From the IMG/VR virus record IMGVR_UViG_3300049043_000070, positions 64,001 to 128,000 of that record: DNA of 64,000 nt. The stretch is one strand, 5' to 3'. Shown here one piece after another: positions 11,701 to 25,100 of the stretch. Both the position numbers and the translations under genes were made by a program. Each line of letters opens with the position of its first letter. The first letter of the stretch is position 1. Source of the stretch: a virus. The notes under the pieces were generated by a model that was not told the DNA's origin, did not search any database, and saw only the letters and a list, made by a program, of their open reading frames with translations.

Positions 11701-13899
11701 AGTGTCAAATGGAAAGATTTATAACGCAGAGATCTCATTATTTGGTTTTGGATACACTGAACCACCATCTGTTGTGGTTAAGGGGGTTGGTAATGGAGCA
11801 GGTGGATGTGAAATTGAAACATTCATTCGAGATTGATACTCCTGCTGTTGTTATGGGTGTAGCAACTGATACGGTTGAAGAGTTACAGAATTCAACTATT
11901 CCAAACAAAATTTGATTTTGAGATACCCAGTTTACTTACAAGAATGATACAGAATATGCTTTGATCGTAGAAACAGATTATCTTGACTATGAACTATGGG
12001 CTTCTCGTTTAGGAGAAATTGAAGATCTCAACAAGTACAGTTATCACAACACAACCATCTCTTGGTTCTGCTGCACGGGTATCTCAAAAGTGTTGATAAC
12101 TGGACCAGAAGACATTTTTGAAGATCTTAAGTTTAAACTTTACAGAGCAGAGTTCGATATTAGCATCAACCAGCAGAAACTTACTATTGACAAATAAAGA
12201 TCTTGCTCGAATATGAATTCTGTCAGTTCAAATCCTTTTGAAACAAACGCAAGTGCTAATACAAATGCGACTTCGAAAGCTCTTCAAGAAATAATAATAG
12301 TATTATCAAAGTCAATCACCGAGATAACGGTTTTGAAGGTTTTGAAAATTCATATGTATTCTATAGAAGTGCGGAAGAAGTTGCTGGAATTACATCAGAT
12401 ATTCTGAATACTACTTTGTTCCAGGTAAGTAATTCTGGAATTGAACGGTTATAATATTAGATCAATTTCAAAAGCATCAGGAAATGCTATTGGTGGGGGG
12501 TCTAATGTATATGCCACATACAACAGAAAGTATGAAGAAATTACTATATCCACAAATTCACTATCTAACGATTACTGGAACCAAACTTGATACATTTGTA
12601 AAGACAACTGATATTGTTCCTGTTGATTCTTTCAACAACAAATTATACTTTCATATTCACAAACAGATTATGAAAAAACTTCTTTAAATGAACCACATTC
12701 TCTTTACCAACCAGAAAGTTATTGTTTTCTTCAGATTAATGAAACTTTAAAACAGTGTTGATAGATCGTTGACTTATAAGATGACATTCTGTTCCTCAAC
12801 TAAGTCTTACCTCTCTCCCGCAATTGATTTATCTAGCGCATGTGTAAAGACAATATCAAATAGAGTTGAAGCAGCATCTGGCAAGGAAGACAGATATGGT
12901 AGAAGAGATCAAATCATTGAGTTCTACCCAGTCTATAGATTTGAACTATCTGGAAATGCTGGTACTCGAAATTACAATCCAATCAAACAATAACGGGCAG
13001 AGACCACAAAAGCAACCGGAACAATTGCCAAAGTAAGTGGAAATAATGTTTGGGTTCGTGTAAAAACAAGTCGAATTCTTCCAAAGAGGAGAGGGGTGAC
13101 GTTCGGAAATTGGACTATCCTTAACCAATGTAGTTATTGATTCCAACCCAGCACAAATTCTTGTTTCAATTGCCGATGCTTCTACAATTATTGCTCGCAA
13201 TCCATCAGTAATTTTACAGACTTACGATAATATTATCACTGGTAAAACTGTATTGTGGAATAATAAAACACAAGAACTAATCGTGAGAGTTGATGTTCAT
13301 CCAATTCTTGATGATTTCTTTGGAAGAATTATTGATAATGCAGCATTTAATCGCAATGCCGATGTTACTGATCAGATATCTGATATCTTTAGAGTTGGCG
13401 ATTTTGTTAAGTATCCAAATCAACCAAATGATGAGGCATCTTTCTTGGAAGTAAAATCTATTACATATACTGATGGCATTGATTTTGTTTCAGACAATAC
13501 TTCAAAAAATCAGCTCCGCTGTTGCTAAGTATGTGACAAAGGAAGTTTCAATCAACAATCCAGCAACTGCTATTGATGTTCGTCTGACTGCCAATGTAAA
13601 AGATGTTAAGAATATTTCAAGTTCTTTATAGATACAAGAAAGCATCAAGTCAAGAAAACTTTGAAGATATTGATTGGGTTTATTTTAATCAGAATGGTCA
13701 ACCAGATACACCTAGAAATTGCTTCTAGTGAAAATAGTATTTCTGGTACTGTAGAGAAGCAATCTTCTTACCAAGAATTTAAGTACAGCGTTGCTAATCT
13801 TCCAGAGTTCTCATCTTTTGCTGTCAAGATTGTAATGAAATCTGTTGATCCAGCATATGTTCCTAAATTCAAGATATTCGTGCTGTCGCTTCGTTCTGA
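5750..13899 (+). CDS. Large virion structural protein, VrlC/DUF4815-like (~2700 aa), split by many indels
   Basis: N-terminus MPQKTNLNVNPYYEDFD...YKILFRPGYSIQGRELTQLQS; internal DNRRYTMRDIGKLEKRIERLEYYTTLS and NPLAQTFKVENY; ends ...VPKIQDIRAVASF*. Consecutive ORF fragments continue one protein. A late promoter TAAATA sits at 5708. Confidence 0.75.
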
Positions 13900-13908
13900 T
13901 TTCCGCGT

Positions 13909-14130
13909 ATGGACTATATCAAAGTTGCTGGTCATGATGGTCTCGTAAGAGATCAAAACACAGGTGCCATCTTGAATTTGGATGATTCTGCTATTGAAGC
14001 AAGACGTAAATCAAAATACCTCAGTTCCGCATTAGAAGACATAAATATGTTGAAGAATGAAGTTTCTGAGATCAAAACTTTACTAAGAGAGTTAATCAAA
14101 AATGCCAGCAATTCAAGTCGCCAGAACTGA
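13909..14130 (+). CDS. Small conserved cyanophage hypothetical protein with coiled-coil C-terminus
   Basis: MDYIKVAGHDGLVRDQNTGAILN...INMLKNEVSEIKTLLREL; sits between large structural genes. Confidence 0.7.
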   Translation: MDYIKVAGHDGLVRDQNTGAILNLDDSAIEARRKSKYLSSALEDINMLKNEVSEIKTLLRELIKNASNSSRQN

Positions 14131-17100
14131 TACCTTTGAACAGCAAAGGCAAAAGATTAATCAGATAGGATCTTCTCTTTTTAATATTACTGCTGGTGGA
14201 AGTGATCTTTCTACTGGTAATTTAAAATTAAGGTGATTGAACAAGAGTAGCACCATCTCTATCATTTGTTAGTGATTCTAGTTTAGGTGTTTATAAAAAA
14301 ACACTTCAAACTATGGAGTTTGTTAGTGATGCTAAATCAATTTTTAATCTATGATACATCGGGAATAACCAATTATAGAAATTTAACTTTACAAAGAAAA
14401 TTTATTGGTAGTTCTGGATTAACTGTTACAAATTTTGGTTCTGGTTATGATGCTGGAACATATCAGAATGTTAATTTATTTGGCGGAACTGGTTTTGGTG
14501 CCACAGCAAATATTACTGTAACCGCATTTTCTGGACAAGTAACAAATGTAGGAACTAATTATTCTGCTGGATCATTTAATAATATAAAGTTAATTGGTGG
14601 ATCTGGATCTGGAACTAGAGTATCATTTATTGTCTCTGCTTTACTCGGATCAATCACAACAGCAGGATCGGGATACGTTGATTCTACTTACACAAATGTT
14701 CCATTAATAAACGTTAGCGGTACTGGAACTGGAGCTATAGCAACAATAAGCATATCTCAAGGATTGGTAGTTTCTGTATCTATTACTACAAATGGAAGCG
14801 GATATGTTCCTGGAAATATTTTAACAGCATCAAATACAAATCTTGGAGGTTCTGGATCTGGTTTTCAATATACAGTTAGTTCTACTCCAGGTGTAATTAG
14901 TAGTTTTGGTATCTCGACTTATGGATCTGGATATACTAATGGTAATATTTTATCTTTACCTTCAGCAGTATCTGGAGTAACAACATTTGTTCCTGGATCT
15001 ATTAGTGGTGTTTCAACTACTCTCTCAACCTCAAGTCCTAATATAACTGTAACATCCATAGAAGCGGCATCTATTGCTATCGGCATGGAAGTTAATACTG
15101 CGCAAGGATCAGTTGGATTGCTGAGTGGAAATACAACAGTGATAAATGTTAGTGGTACAACGATTACTCTTTCTTCAAATCCATCTACGTCTGGATCTGC
15201 CACATTAACATTTTCAACTCCAATAACACAACAATATACAATTGCAGTTCCATCTACAGCAAATATACAAATAGGATCTGTTGTTACTAAAACTTCTGGA
15301 ACTGGTGTTTTAGCAGCAAATACTGTAGTGTCTTCAATTCCTTCTAATACAACGGTTGTTATAAACAACCTACCATCCTTATCTGGAGATGCGATTTTAA
15401 CTTTTACACCTCCATATGGTTCTGGATCTGGATTCTCGTATACAATCAATGGTCTTGGATCAATTAATACATTTTCTATTTCTAGTGGTGGATTAGGATA
15501 TACTTTAAATGATGTGCTATCAATTTCTCCATCAGAACTAGTATCTCCAATTACATATACTGTTACTTGGATCACGACATCTAAATTAACATTTACAGGT
15601 ACTGTAAATACATCTCAAATACTGGTTGGTGATAATTTAGAGATAGCGAACGCTTCTGGTATTTCGTCTGCCGCAATTCAAACTGGTACTCCAGATGGAG
15701 CTGGTGCTGTTTATACTAATGTTCAGCAAACTTCAACTACAGGAAGTGGATCTGGAGCAAGATTTACTATTACAAAAACTTCTGGAGGATCTGCTTCATA
15801 TACTTTTAACAGCAGTAACAAATACAGGTTCTGGATATGCTGCTGGAGAAATATTAACTATATCTGGATTAAATTTGGGCGGAGCATCACCAGCAAATGA
15901 TTTAACCATCGTTGTTGGTACAGTAATTCAATCAGCAACAGGAGTTGTATTATCAAAATCTTTAAATGGATCCAATATAAACTTTATTAATTTAAATCTA
16001 ACAAGTGGATCTATTGGTAGTGGATCTATACTGAGAAAGGTTGGAACTACAACACCAACATTTACGGTTAACACATCAGGAAATGCTGTCAAATATTACA
16101 TTGATGATGGCAACGGCCCAGATTTACACCCAAGTTTAATTCTGTATAAAGACAATACTTATATTTTTGATATCACTGGTGCTGCAGCGCACCCATTTTA
16201 TTTTAGTATTCACCCAGATGGTAATCATAATAAAGTTACTGGAGTATCAACAACTCTTTCTACAACATCAACAACAATAACAGTTGCCGATACGACTGGT
16301 ATATTACCTGGAATGGAGGTAACAGTAACATCAGGTGATGGCGTTTTAGTTCCACCAGCTTCAAATAATATTATTACTGTAGTATCTATTGATAGTTTAA
16401 CTTCTATAACCCTGTCATCAACAGCATATACATCTGGAGCAGCTGTTTTACAATTTGCTGGAGCAGTGTACACTGGTTCCGAAGTAACTAGAACAAACTC
16501 AGCAGTTACGATAAAACCAATATCCACAACTCCAACTCTATACTATTTCTGTAATGCTGAAATCGGACACGAAGATGAAGCCTGGAGTAGAACGGACAAG
16601 AAGCTATAATTACTATTGATCCGAACAATCCTAGAGTTTTTGGTTCTGGATTTTCTGGATTTGTATCCGAATCTAGAAGAATCAAATATAATTACAGCAG
16701 ATATAGAAACTGGAGAAGTAGCGGTTGCTTCTTTTGATGGGTTAATAGCAACTCTAAACTCAGCAACTATAACATACTTTAACATCTACCAATGGTACTG
16801 TTTCTACTTTAACTTCAAGTACAATTCAATCAGGATCAAATCTTCAAATAAATGCTGGAACTGATATTGATATCACATCTCCTCTGTTAGATATAGGTGG
16901 ATATATTCAGATATCTGGAACTAATGGAAATATTACATCGTCAGGAATTATTAAAACTACAAATTCTTTTAATTCTAATGATGCTTTAAGTATTACAAAT
17001 TCAACAATCTCAACATCTGGATCAAACAATATTATTTTAAGTCCAGCATCAGGAAGAGTAACTAAATTAAATTCAAATACCGCTATTATAATTCCATCTG

Positions 17101-18627
17101 GAAATACTGCTGAACGACCAGTTGCTTTGGCGGAAAATGGAGCGATACGTTTTAATACGCAAACAAATCAATATGAAGGTTACAGCGGCACTACCTCTTC
17201 TTGGTCTTCGCTTGGTGGTGTAAGAGATCTTGATGGAAATACATATATTCTTGCCGAACTTTCTGTTGGATCAAATGATAATACATTATGGTTCTATAAT
17301 GATAATATTAATACAGTAAAATTTACTCCAGAATATCAAGAATTTTTAAGTGTTAAAAAAGTTAGATCTGTAAATACTTCAGCACCATCTTACAATAATT
17401 GGACCAGTAATACTCCAGTTACTACTGGACAATATTTAAAATATAGAAATAATATCTATGAAGTTGTAACTGGAGGAACTACTGGTACTTCTGGAAGTGA
17501 ACCAACGAGCACTAGTGGAACTAATTTTACAAATGGTACAGCAACACTAAGATTTTTTATTAGTGCTGTTTCTACATTAACATTTGAAGAAATATCGGAA
17601 GTTCTTATTGCTCCTCTTGGTGGTACTTCTTTAGTAGTAAATGACGAGATAGTCTTATCAAATAATATTATTTCTACAAAAATAAACGATTTACTAGTTA
17701 GACCAAATACTGGAAAGAAAGTCACAATTGATGCCAAGACATCTTTAGTATTGCCAGTTGGTACTATTAATGAAAGAGGAAATCCAACGCAAGGATCGGT
17801 TAGATTTAACACTACCATTTCTCAATATGAAGGTTATGATGGAACTAACTGGTCTTCTCTTGGTGGTGTTCGTGATGTAGATGGAAATACTTATATTATT
17901 CCAGAGCCTCTCCGCTGGATCAAATGAAAATATCTTGTATTTCTACAATAATGGTAGTAATACTCTAAGAGTTACTCAGAATGAAATTGAGTTAAATACT
18001 ATTGATACTATTAAATCTGTAGCATCAAACAATCTTAACTTAGATGCTCAACTAATCACATTCAATAGTTTAGCGGCATCTATTGACACATCTTCTCTGA
18101 CAACTACATTTATTTCAACCACAAAAGATAATCTTGATTTGGGATTATCTAGCGGTCTGACTAATGATCCTCTTTTAAGACTTACTGATACTGGTGATAT
18201 TTACTATAATCTTGGTTTTGGATCTGGAATTTATAATGGAATTAAAATATTTGATAATGAACTTAAAGAGCTGGAAATAGCAGATTACAAGATTTCTACT
18301 ACTAAAGTTACTCTTACAAGAAATACTGTAAATACTGGTAGCGCAATTCTATACGATCCAGCATTACATGAATCTTCTAAGGTTCAGATTATTGCTAGAA
18401 ATAGAGCAACTGGAGATAAAGAATTTATTGAATATTCAGTTATTGATAAAGCATCTGATATATTCTTTACGGATTTTGGTAATGTTAAGACAGGGGCAGA
18501 ATTGATTTCTTGTGTATTTGATTTTAACGCAAATGGTAACGTTCGCGTTACATTTACTTTAGATACAGCAATTGCTTCTGGAAATGTAGTAGACGTAACC
18601 ATCATTAGTAACATTATCAAGAGGTAA
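14102..18627 (+). CDS. Tail fibre-like virion structural protein (~1500 aa), split by indels
   Basis: Starts MPAIQVARTDTFEQQRQKINQIG at 14102. Gly/Ser/Thr-rich GSGY repeats; duplicated G-x-(I/V)RFNT...(Y)EGY...WSSLGGVRD-x-DGNTYI modules at ~17140 and ~17790. Confidence 0.75.
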
Positions 18628-18629
18628 AA

Positions 18630-19141
18630 ATGGCATCAAATTTAAAAACGTTAGATTCGCTTGGTGGATTTTCCATAGGAAATACTCCATTAGTTAATGA
18701 CAAAAAGGATATTCAGAATGCTAATTCTGTTGAAGTAAGAAATTCTTTCTTTCAAGATAGTTCAACTTCATATTATATTCTCAGAGGATTAAATACATCA
18801 ACATTAGCATTAGATAATGTTGGAAATCAAATTATTCTCCCATCAAATACAATTAACTTTATTACAGCAAATGTTGTTGGTGTTAATGATACTGGTGGAG
18901 GTCACATATCTTCTAAAATAGAAAGTGCTGTTTCTGTAGGTTCTACTGGAACTGTTTTGGAATTATCATCTATGACTACTATCATTAAGGATAGTATCCC
19001 AGAAGGACAGACTTGGACTATTGAACCATTTGATACTGGATCAGCAAATAGATACAGCCTATGCTACTGTTAGAGACTGGAACTACTACTACTATAAAGT
19101 GGATTGTGTATGTAAAAGTTGTGAGCATCACTTGGACTTGA
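18630..19141 (+). CDS. Conserved cyanophage structural/hypothetical protein (~170 aa, one indel near 19060)
   Basis: ORF MASNLKTLDSLGGFSIG...; the reading continues in another frame to ...VKVVSITWT*. Confidence 0.6.
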
Positions 19142-19191
19142 TGCTAAATAGATAAAGAAAATAAAACCTACGGCAGGGGCTCGATAGTAAG

Positions 19192-22100
19192 ATGAGTTTT
19201 CAGATTAATTCCGATAGAGAGCAAATTAGAGCATCTAGACCATCTTTAATCGGTAGTAATGAACTAACAATTCGTTCTGGCTCTGGATCTAACGAAAAAG
19301 AAGTTCTAAGAGCACAACTAGATACTGCCACGACTTTGCCTCGCGTTGGTATTAACAGAACTGGCAATAGAGTAGATACAATCCAAGTAACTTCACAGGG
19401 TTCTGGTTATACTCTACAACCAACTGTTACTCTGTCTCCTCCTCCAGCTGGTGGTGTTCAGGCTCTAGCATCTGCTGTGATTAGCGATGGACGTGTTGTT
19501 GCTATTCTTGTAGATAATATTGGACGAGGATACGTAACTGCTCCTTCAGTAACTATTACTGGTGGTAACGGACAGGGGGCAGCAGCAACGGCATTTCTAG
19601 ATACTGTAGATTTTGAACTTGATATTAATGGTGCTATCAGAACATCAACATCTATCATTTCAGATACCGCAAGAATTCTAAATCTTGATATTGATAATTT
19701 TGTTACTCCAGACGCACAATTTAGAGCTCCAAATTTAAAGACGTATTTAAATAATGGTGGAACTCCATGGTCTCCTAGTGTTATTATTCAACAAGGATTA
19801 TATCGTTACCATAACGCAAACGTATATCAAGCATTAAATACTGGAACAACAGGAACTACTCCTCCCCTACACACAGATGGAATCGCAACAAACGGAGAAG
19901 TTCAATTTAAGCATATTGGTATTAGAGCATCTGATGTAAATCAACCTTATTATAATCAAGGTGGGCAGTCTGGTATTTTCCCAAGATCAATTACTCCAGA
20001 ATTTGGTGATAAATCTGATAAGATTGCTACGACAGAATATGTCCTAAATCTTGCTACAAATGACGTTGGTGGTCGTGTCTATGTTTCTGAACAGATTGGT
20101 AGCGATTTGAATGATGGTCGTTCTGCTGTCAATCCAGTTAGAACAATTAAAAGGGCAGCACAAATTGCTTGGTCAACTCCAGGAGTAAAAGAAACTATTG
20201 TTATTTCTGGTGGCGATTATGTAGAAGATAACCCAATTTCTTTACCACCAGATGCTTCAGTTGTTGGTGATAACTTAAGACTTGTTATTATCAGACCAAA
20301 TAATCCACGTAAGCACATCTTCAAATTTGGCGATAAAAACTATGTAACTGGTGTTACATATAGAGATAAAATTGATTCAAATGGCGATGCTGTGGCAACA
20401 TGGGATTATGCCATGGTCTTTGATGACAAACAGCGTATTGAGATTGACGTTACAGCAAATGGAGATTATGGAGTTGATTTCCCAATAGGTCATCAAATAT
20501 TTGGACCAGAAAAATTCCGTGCTACTTATCAAACAAATACTGGTTTATCACAATTAACTTCTGGTCAAAGAGTTAAAGGCGTTAATACTGGTGCTATCGG
20601 TCTTTTGACTGCCGTTACATTTACAAGAACTACAGGAGCAAATGCTTACGTAGGAGGAACTGTAGATTTTAGTGTTATTAGTGGTAGCTTTAATGCTGGA
20701 GAAACTTTCCAATATGGTGGTATTGGATCTGTAAGTTTTGCTCAAAATACTGCGTACACACTCGGTCAATTGGTTTGGACTGGAGATAATGTATACACCA
20801 TAACTACTGCTGGAACTTCTGGATCTTCTGCTCCTTCTCACACAACTGGTGCTGTTACAAATGGAACGGCAGTATTTACTTTCTTAAGAACAGCATACGA
20901 GTTTATTTCAACTGACATTATTTCTATTAGAGCAGAAGGAGAAGTAGTATTTACAAATCAAGATATTACATCTTCTTTGCCTATTGTTAGAATTGATTTT
21001 TCAAAGCAAGGAACTCCAGAAGTAGCTACTGGGGGATTTGGAGATTATGGAACTCCAGAAGATCTTGGTGGTATTGTTTTCTATACCAACGCTCTTGTTG
21101 GTAGACAAAACACCCATAATTTTAAAGAAGGTCAAGAAATCTTTATTTCAAATCTTCCCACATCATCTCCAGATCTTTCTTTCTTGAAATGGAAAGCAAA
21201 GAATTTATAAAGTTATTGAAGATGCTGATGGTAGAGCAAGAAGATTTGTTATTCCAAAGAAAACAACAGTTACATTAGATAGTAATTTTGATCCAGGACA
21301 ATTTGCGAATGTAAAGTCATATTCAAAATCTATCACTATCTCACTACTAAACTCGCCAAACAAATTCCCGATGGCGACTCCAGTAGCAAGGAGATATCAA
21401 GATGCTTGCTTACAGATTAGAAATAATGTTGATTTTATTGCTGATGAAGTTGTAAGAAAGATTAATGATCAATTTAAGAAAGAATACTTTAATGTTTATG
21501 GAATAAGCGGTACGCAATTCAAGATTTATCTTGGTACATCAACATTCGCACATACTTATGTTAGTGGTGGAACTGTAACATTTGGTGGTACTGCTTACAA
21601 TATTACAGGATTTACTTATGACAACGTTGTAACTGGTGAAGCTACTATTACTACTTCAATTCCAGTTGCTTCTCTAGTTGATGATAGTATTGTAAGACTT
21701 GCTGATATTGTTGTTAGTTGTGTAATAAATGGTGTTGTAACACAAAAGACATATCCAAGTTTCAATATTCCAGTTAGTGACGCAAAATGTCGTAGAGATA
21801 TTGGTCACTTCTTGAATGCTATTTGTAGAGATTTGGAATATGGAAGTAACTACAATGTAATTGACGCTGCCAAGAAATATATTTCCGCTGGTCAAATTTC
21901 TCTTGTTGATTACGAAATTACACAAACTATTCGTGCAATTGAGTATGCCAGGAGAGCTTAGCAATCTATGCGATGAGAAAGTGGAGAACTGGTACGGGTG
22001 CTCCAGGGCAACCAGTATATACTCCACAATATTCATCTGTTACAAGATATTTTGATCCAACAGTAATTGATGATATTGCTTCTCCAGCATGTGCTAACGT

Positions 22101-25100
22101 AGCATCTGCCATCAACACTCTCTCATATCTATTTGTTGATGTACTAGCAAATGGTGCTAGTGGAACTGCTTTAGATGCTGCGTATCTAATTGCTAGAAAC
22201 AGAGATTATATTGCGGATGAAGCATATGGAAAAACAAAAGCACTTTATCCAACACTCAATCTTTCCAATCTAAATGAAAGTAAGTGTAGAAGAGATATCA
22301 ATCATATGCATTCAGTGGTCTAATAAGAGATCTAATCCTTGGTGGTAATTCTGGAATTGTTACCACCGCAGAATCATATTATACTGGTGGGGTTCTTACT
22401 GGCATTCCAGAAGCACAGAGAGATGAAACAATCTATGCTTTCAATCAAGTAAGAGATCTATGTATCCTTGCGATGCGTAATTGGAAGACTGGAACAAATG
22501 GTACTGGAGCGGTTTACACAACAGTACATACCCCAATTCCACAGTTTACTGATAATACAATTTTCATAGATCCTAGTGCTAATAAGTGTGCCACGATTGT
22601 TTCTGCTATCACTACTTCTTTTGCTCTCTAGAAGATATTTTAGATGGTACGATAGCACCTGGAGCAACTACAAAAACATATGGGAACTCTTTATAATACT
22701 ACAACAATCACAACCTATCCAGATAGTATAATTACCGATAGAGATGGAGTAGTTTATACACCACGTTCTGATTATGATGATTCTATCCAATTATTGAAGC
22801 TTCACCATACACACAAAATGCTTCGGTAATTTCGTTCCTTGGTGGTGGTGGCGCTCTCTGATGGGAATAAAGTTAAACAACCAAACTGTCCTTTCCCTGG
22901 TCTGAGAACTTGATGGTTCTGCTACTTTCCCCAACCAGGGTAAATCCATGGTTGCTTCTGCGTTTACTATTGTTTCATTTGGCGGAACTGGATACAAAAT
23001 TATCAACGATGGTTATGTTCAGTTGGTTTCTGTATTCGTTATCTTCTGTGAAGATGGTATTTTAGCAGAATCTGGTGGTTATGCTTCTGTAACGAACTCC
23101 GCTACAAACTTTGGTATCTATGCTCTAAGAGCAATAGGATATAATAGTTTTGCGTATTCATTTGACGTTGGTACAATTACTAACGTATCTTCTACTCCAA
23201 CTGGAAGAACTATCTTACCTATTGATAATCTGGGATTGAGAACCACTAGAGCATTATGTCGTTAAGATTGATGGTTATGAAAACGTCAATACTTGAAATT
23301 GAATATTATATTGATGCTGTTGGTGGTGTTACTGTCGGACCTCCATTCTCAGACTCAAGTAACTATTGAATCTGGATCTGGTGGTCCAGCTCGAATTTAA
23401 GTCAATTGCTACTGGGCAAGCAGTTTCTAACTCTACGTTGACTGGTAAAACAATTAGATTGCGTCGTCCATCAATTGTTAACTCTTCATCACATACATGG
23501 GAATTTGCTGGATCTGGTACGAACTATAATGCTCTACCAGAAAATGGTGGTGTTAAAGTTGATGCCAACGAGCAAGTATCACAATCATATGGACGAGTTT
23601 ATTGTTCAGGTACTGATGAACTCGGTGACTTTAAAGTTGGTACTTTTGCTAAAATTGAAAACAGAACTGGTAATATTACCTTTACTGGTACTGTTACAAT
23701 CTCTGAAGTTGAATTCCTCAAACTGAAGGGCGGTGATGTTGTTGTTACTGGTTTTGATGCTTCCAATACTCTTGGTGGTGCTAACTCAACCAACTCAAAA
23801 CTACCAACTCAGAAAGCAGTTAGAGATTATATCACTAATAGTCTTGGACCTTACATTAACAAGCCATATTCCACAAATGCTGTTCCAAGAGCACTTGTAG
23901 AACTTACTGATAGTGGCAAGATTTCTGTTGATCAAATCCCACCACTCAGACCATTTAGTGTTTATACAGTCCCAGATCAGGCAGCACGTCTTGCTATTGA
24001 GGGTGCTCTTGCTGGTGATATCGCAATTCAACAAGATACGTCAGCTTCATATATTCTGAATAATGACAACTCAAGTTTGTTTGCTTCATTTAACGTAGAT
24101 CCAACACTACAGTTTACAGCAAATGATGTCTTTACTGGAAGTATTAGTGGTGGTAAGATCCAGGCAACTGAATATAACAGGGTGTTGTATATCAAATTAA
24201 TATTACAGATCCTGGTTCTGGATATACTGCTCCTCCTGTTGTAACGATTACTGGCGGAAGTCCACAGGCTGGTGCTGTTCAAGCATCTGCTACATGTACA
24301 ATTGCTAATGGTCAGGTAGTCACCATCAAGATTGTTTCATTCAACGGATTTATTGGAGGAAAGGGATACACAACCCCGCCAACAGTTACATTCGCTGCTC
24401 CAGCTGGAACAGGAACACAGGCAACTGGTGTTGCTCTAATTGAAAGCAGATTATATGGCAATATTGTCAACAATATCAAGATACTAGAAACTGATACTAT
24501 TTTATCAAAGTGATATTCCAGCAGAGACGATTAATATCAATAGAGTTATCAATACTTCTGCTTCAGTCTAATAATAACTGGGTAATCACTTTCAACTAAT
24601 CAAATTGCTGCTTCTGACATTACATCTGGTGTTATCGCTACCTCAAGACTAGCAAATAACTCAGATGCTGCTAACTCCTTTAGATTCTTGAGAGGAGATC
24701 AGGCATATGCTCCTGTTGTACAGTCTATCAAGGGGGCAGAAAGTAGATATTTTGCTAGGTTATATTCTCAAGGTAATCAGTGGATCATCACAACTGATTT
24801 TTACAACCAATTCCAATACTTTAGTTGGTCATGAAGTTGTTAACACTATAACTGGCATTCAGTCAAATACGAATATTAGTGGAGTTACTACTGCTGCTGG
24901 AGATTCACAACAGTAGCATTAAATAATCCTCTCACAGCAACAATTCCTGCTGGAACTATTATAGAATTTAAACGCGGAGCATCACCTTTAGTGTTTGAGT
25001 CCTCATTCACTCAGGGTGGATTTGTTGATAGTATTGTTATTGCTAACGGAGGAACTGGATTCACTAACGGACAATACTTTGATGTTCCACTAAGCGGTGG

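Noticed and set aside
14919-15575. Long minus-strand ORFs (e.g. 14919-15575, 58347-58901, 58989-59546, 61395-61877)
   Set aside because: Antisense shadows of well-supported plus-strand genes with biased codon use; no recognisable motifs.
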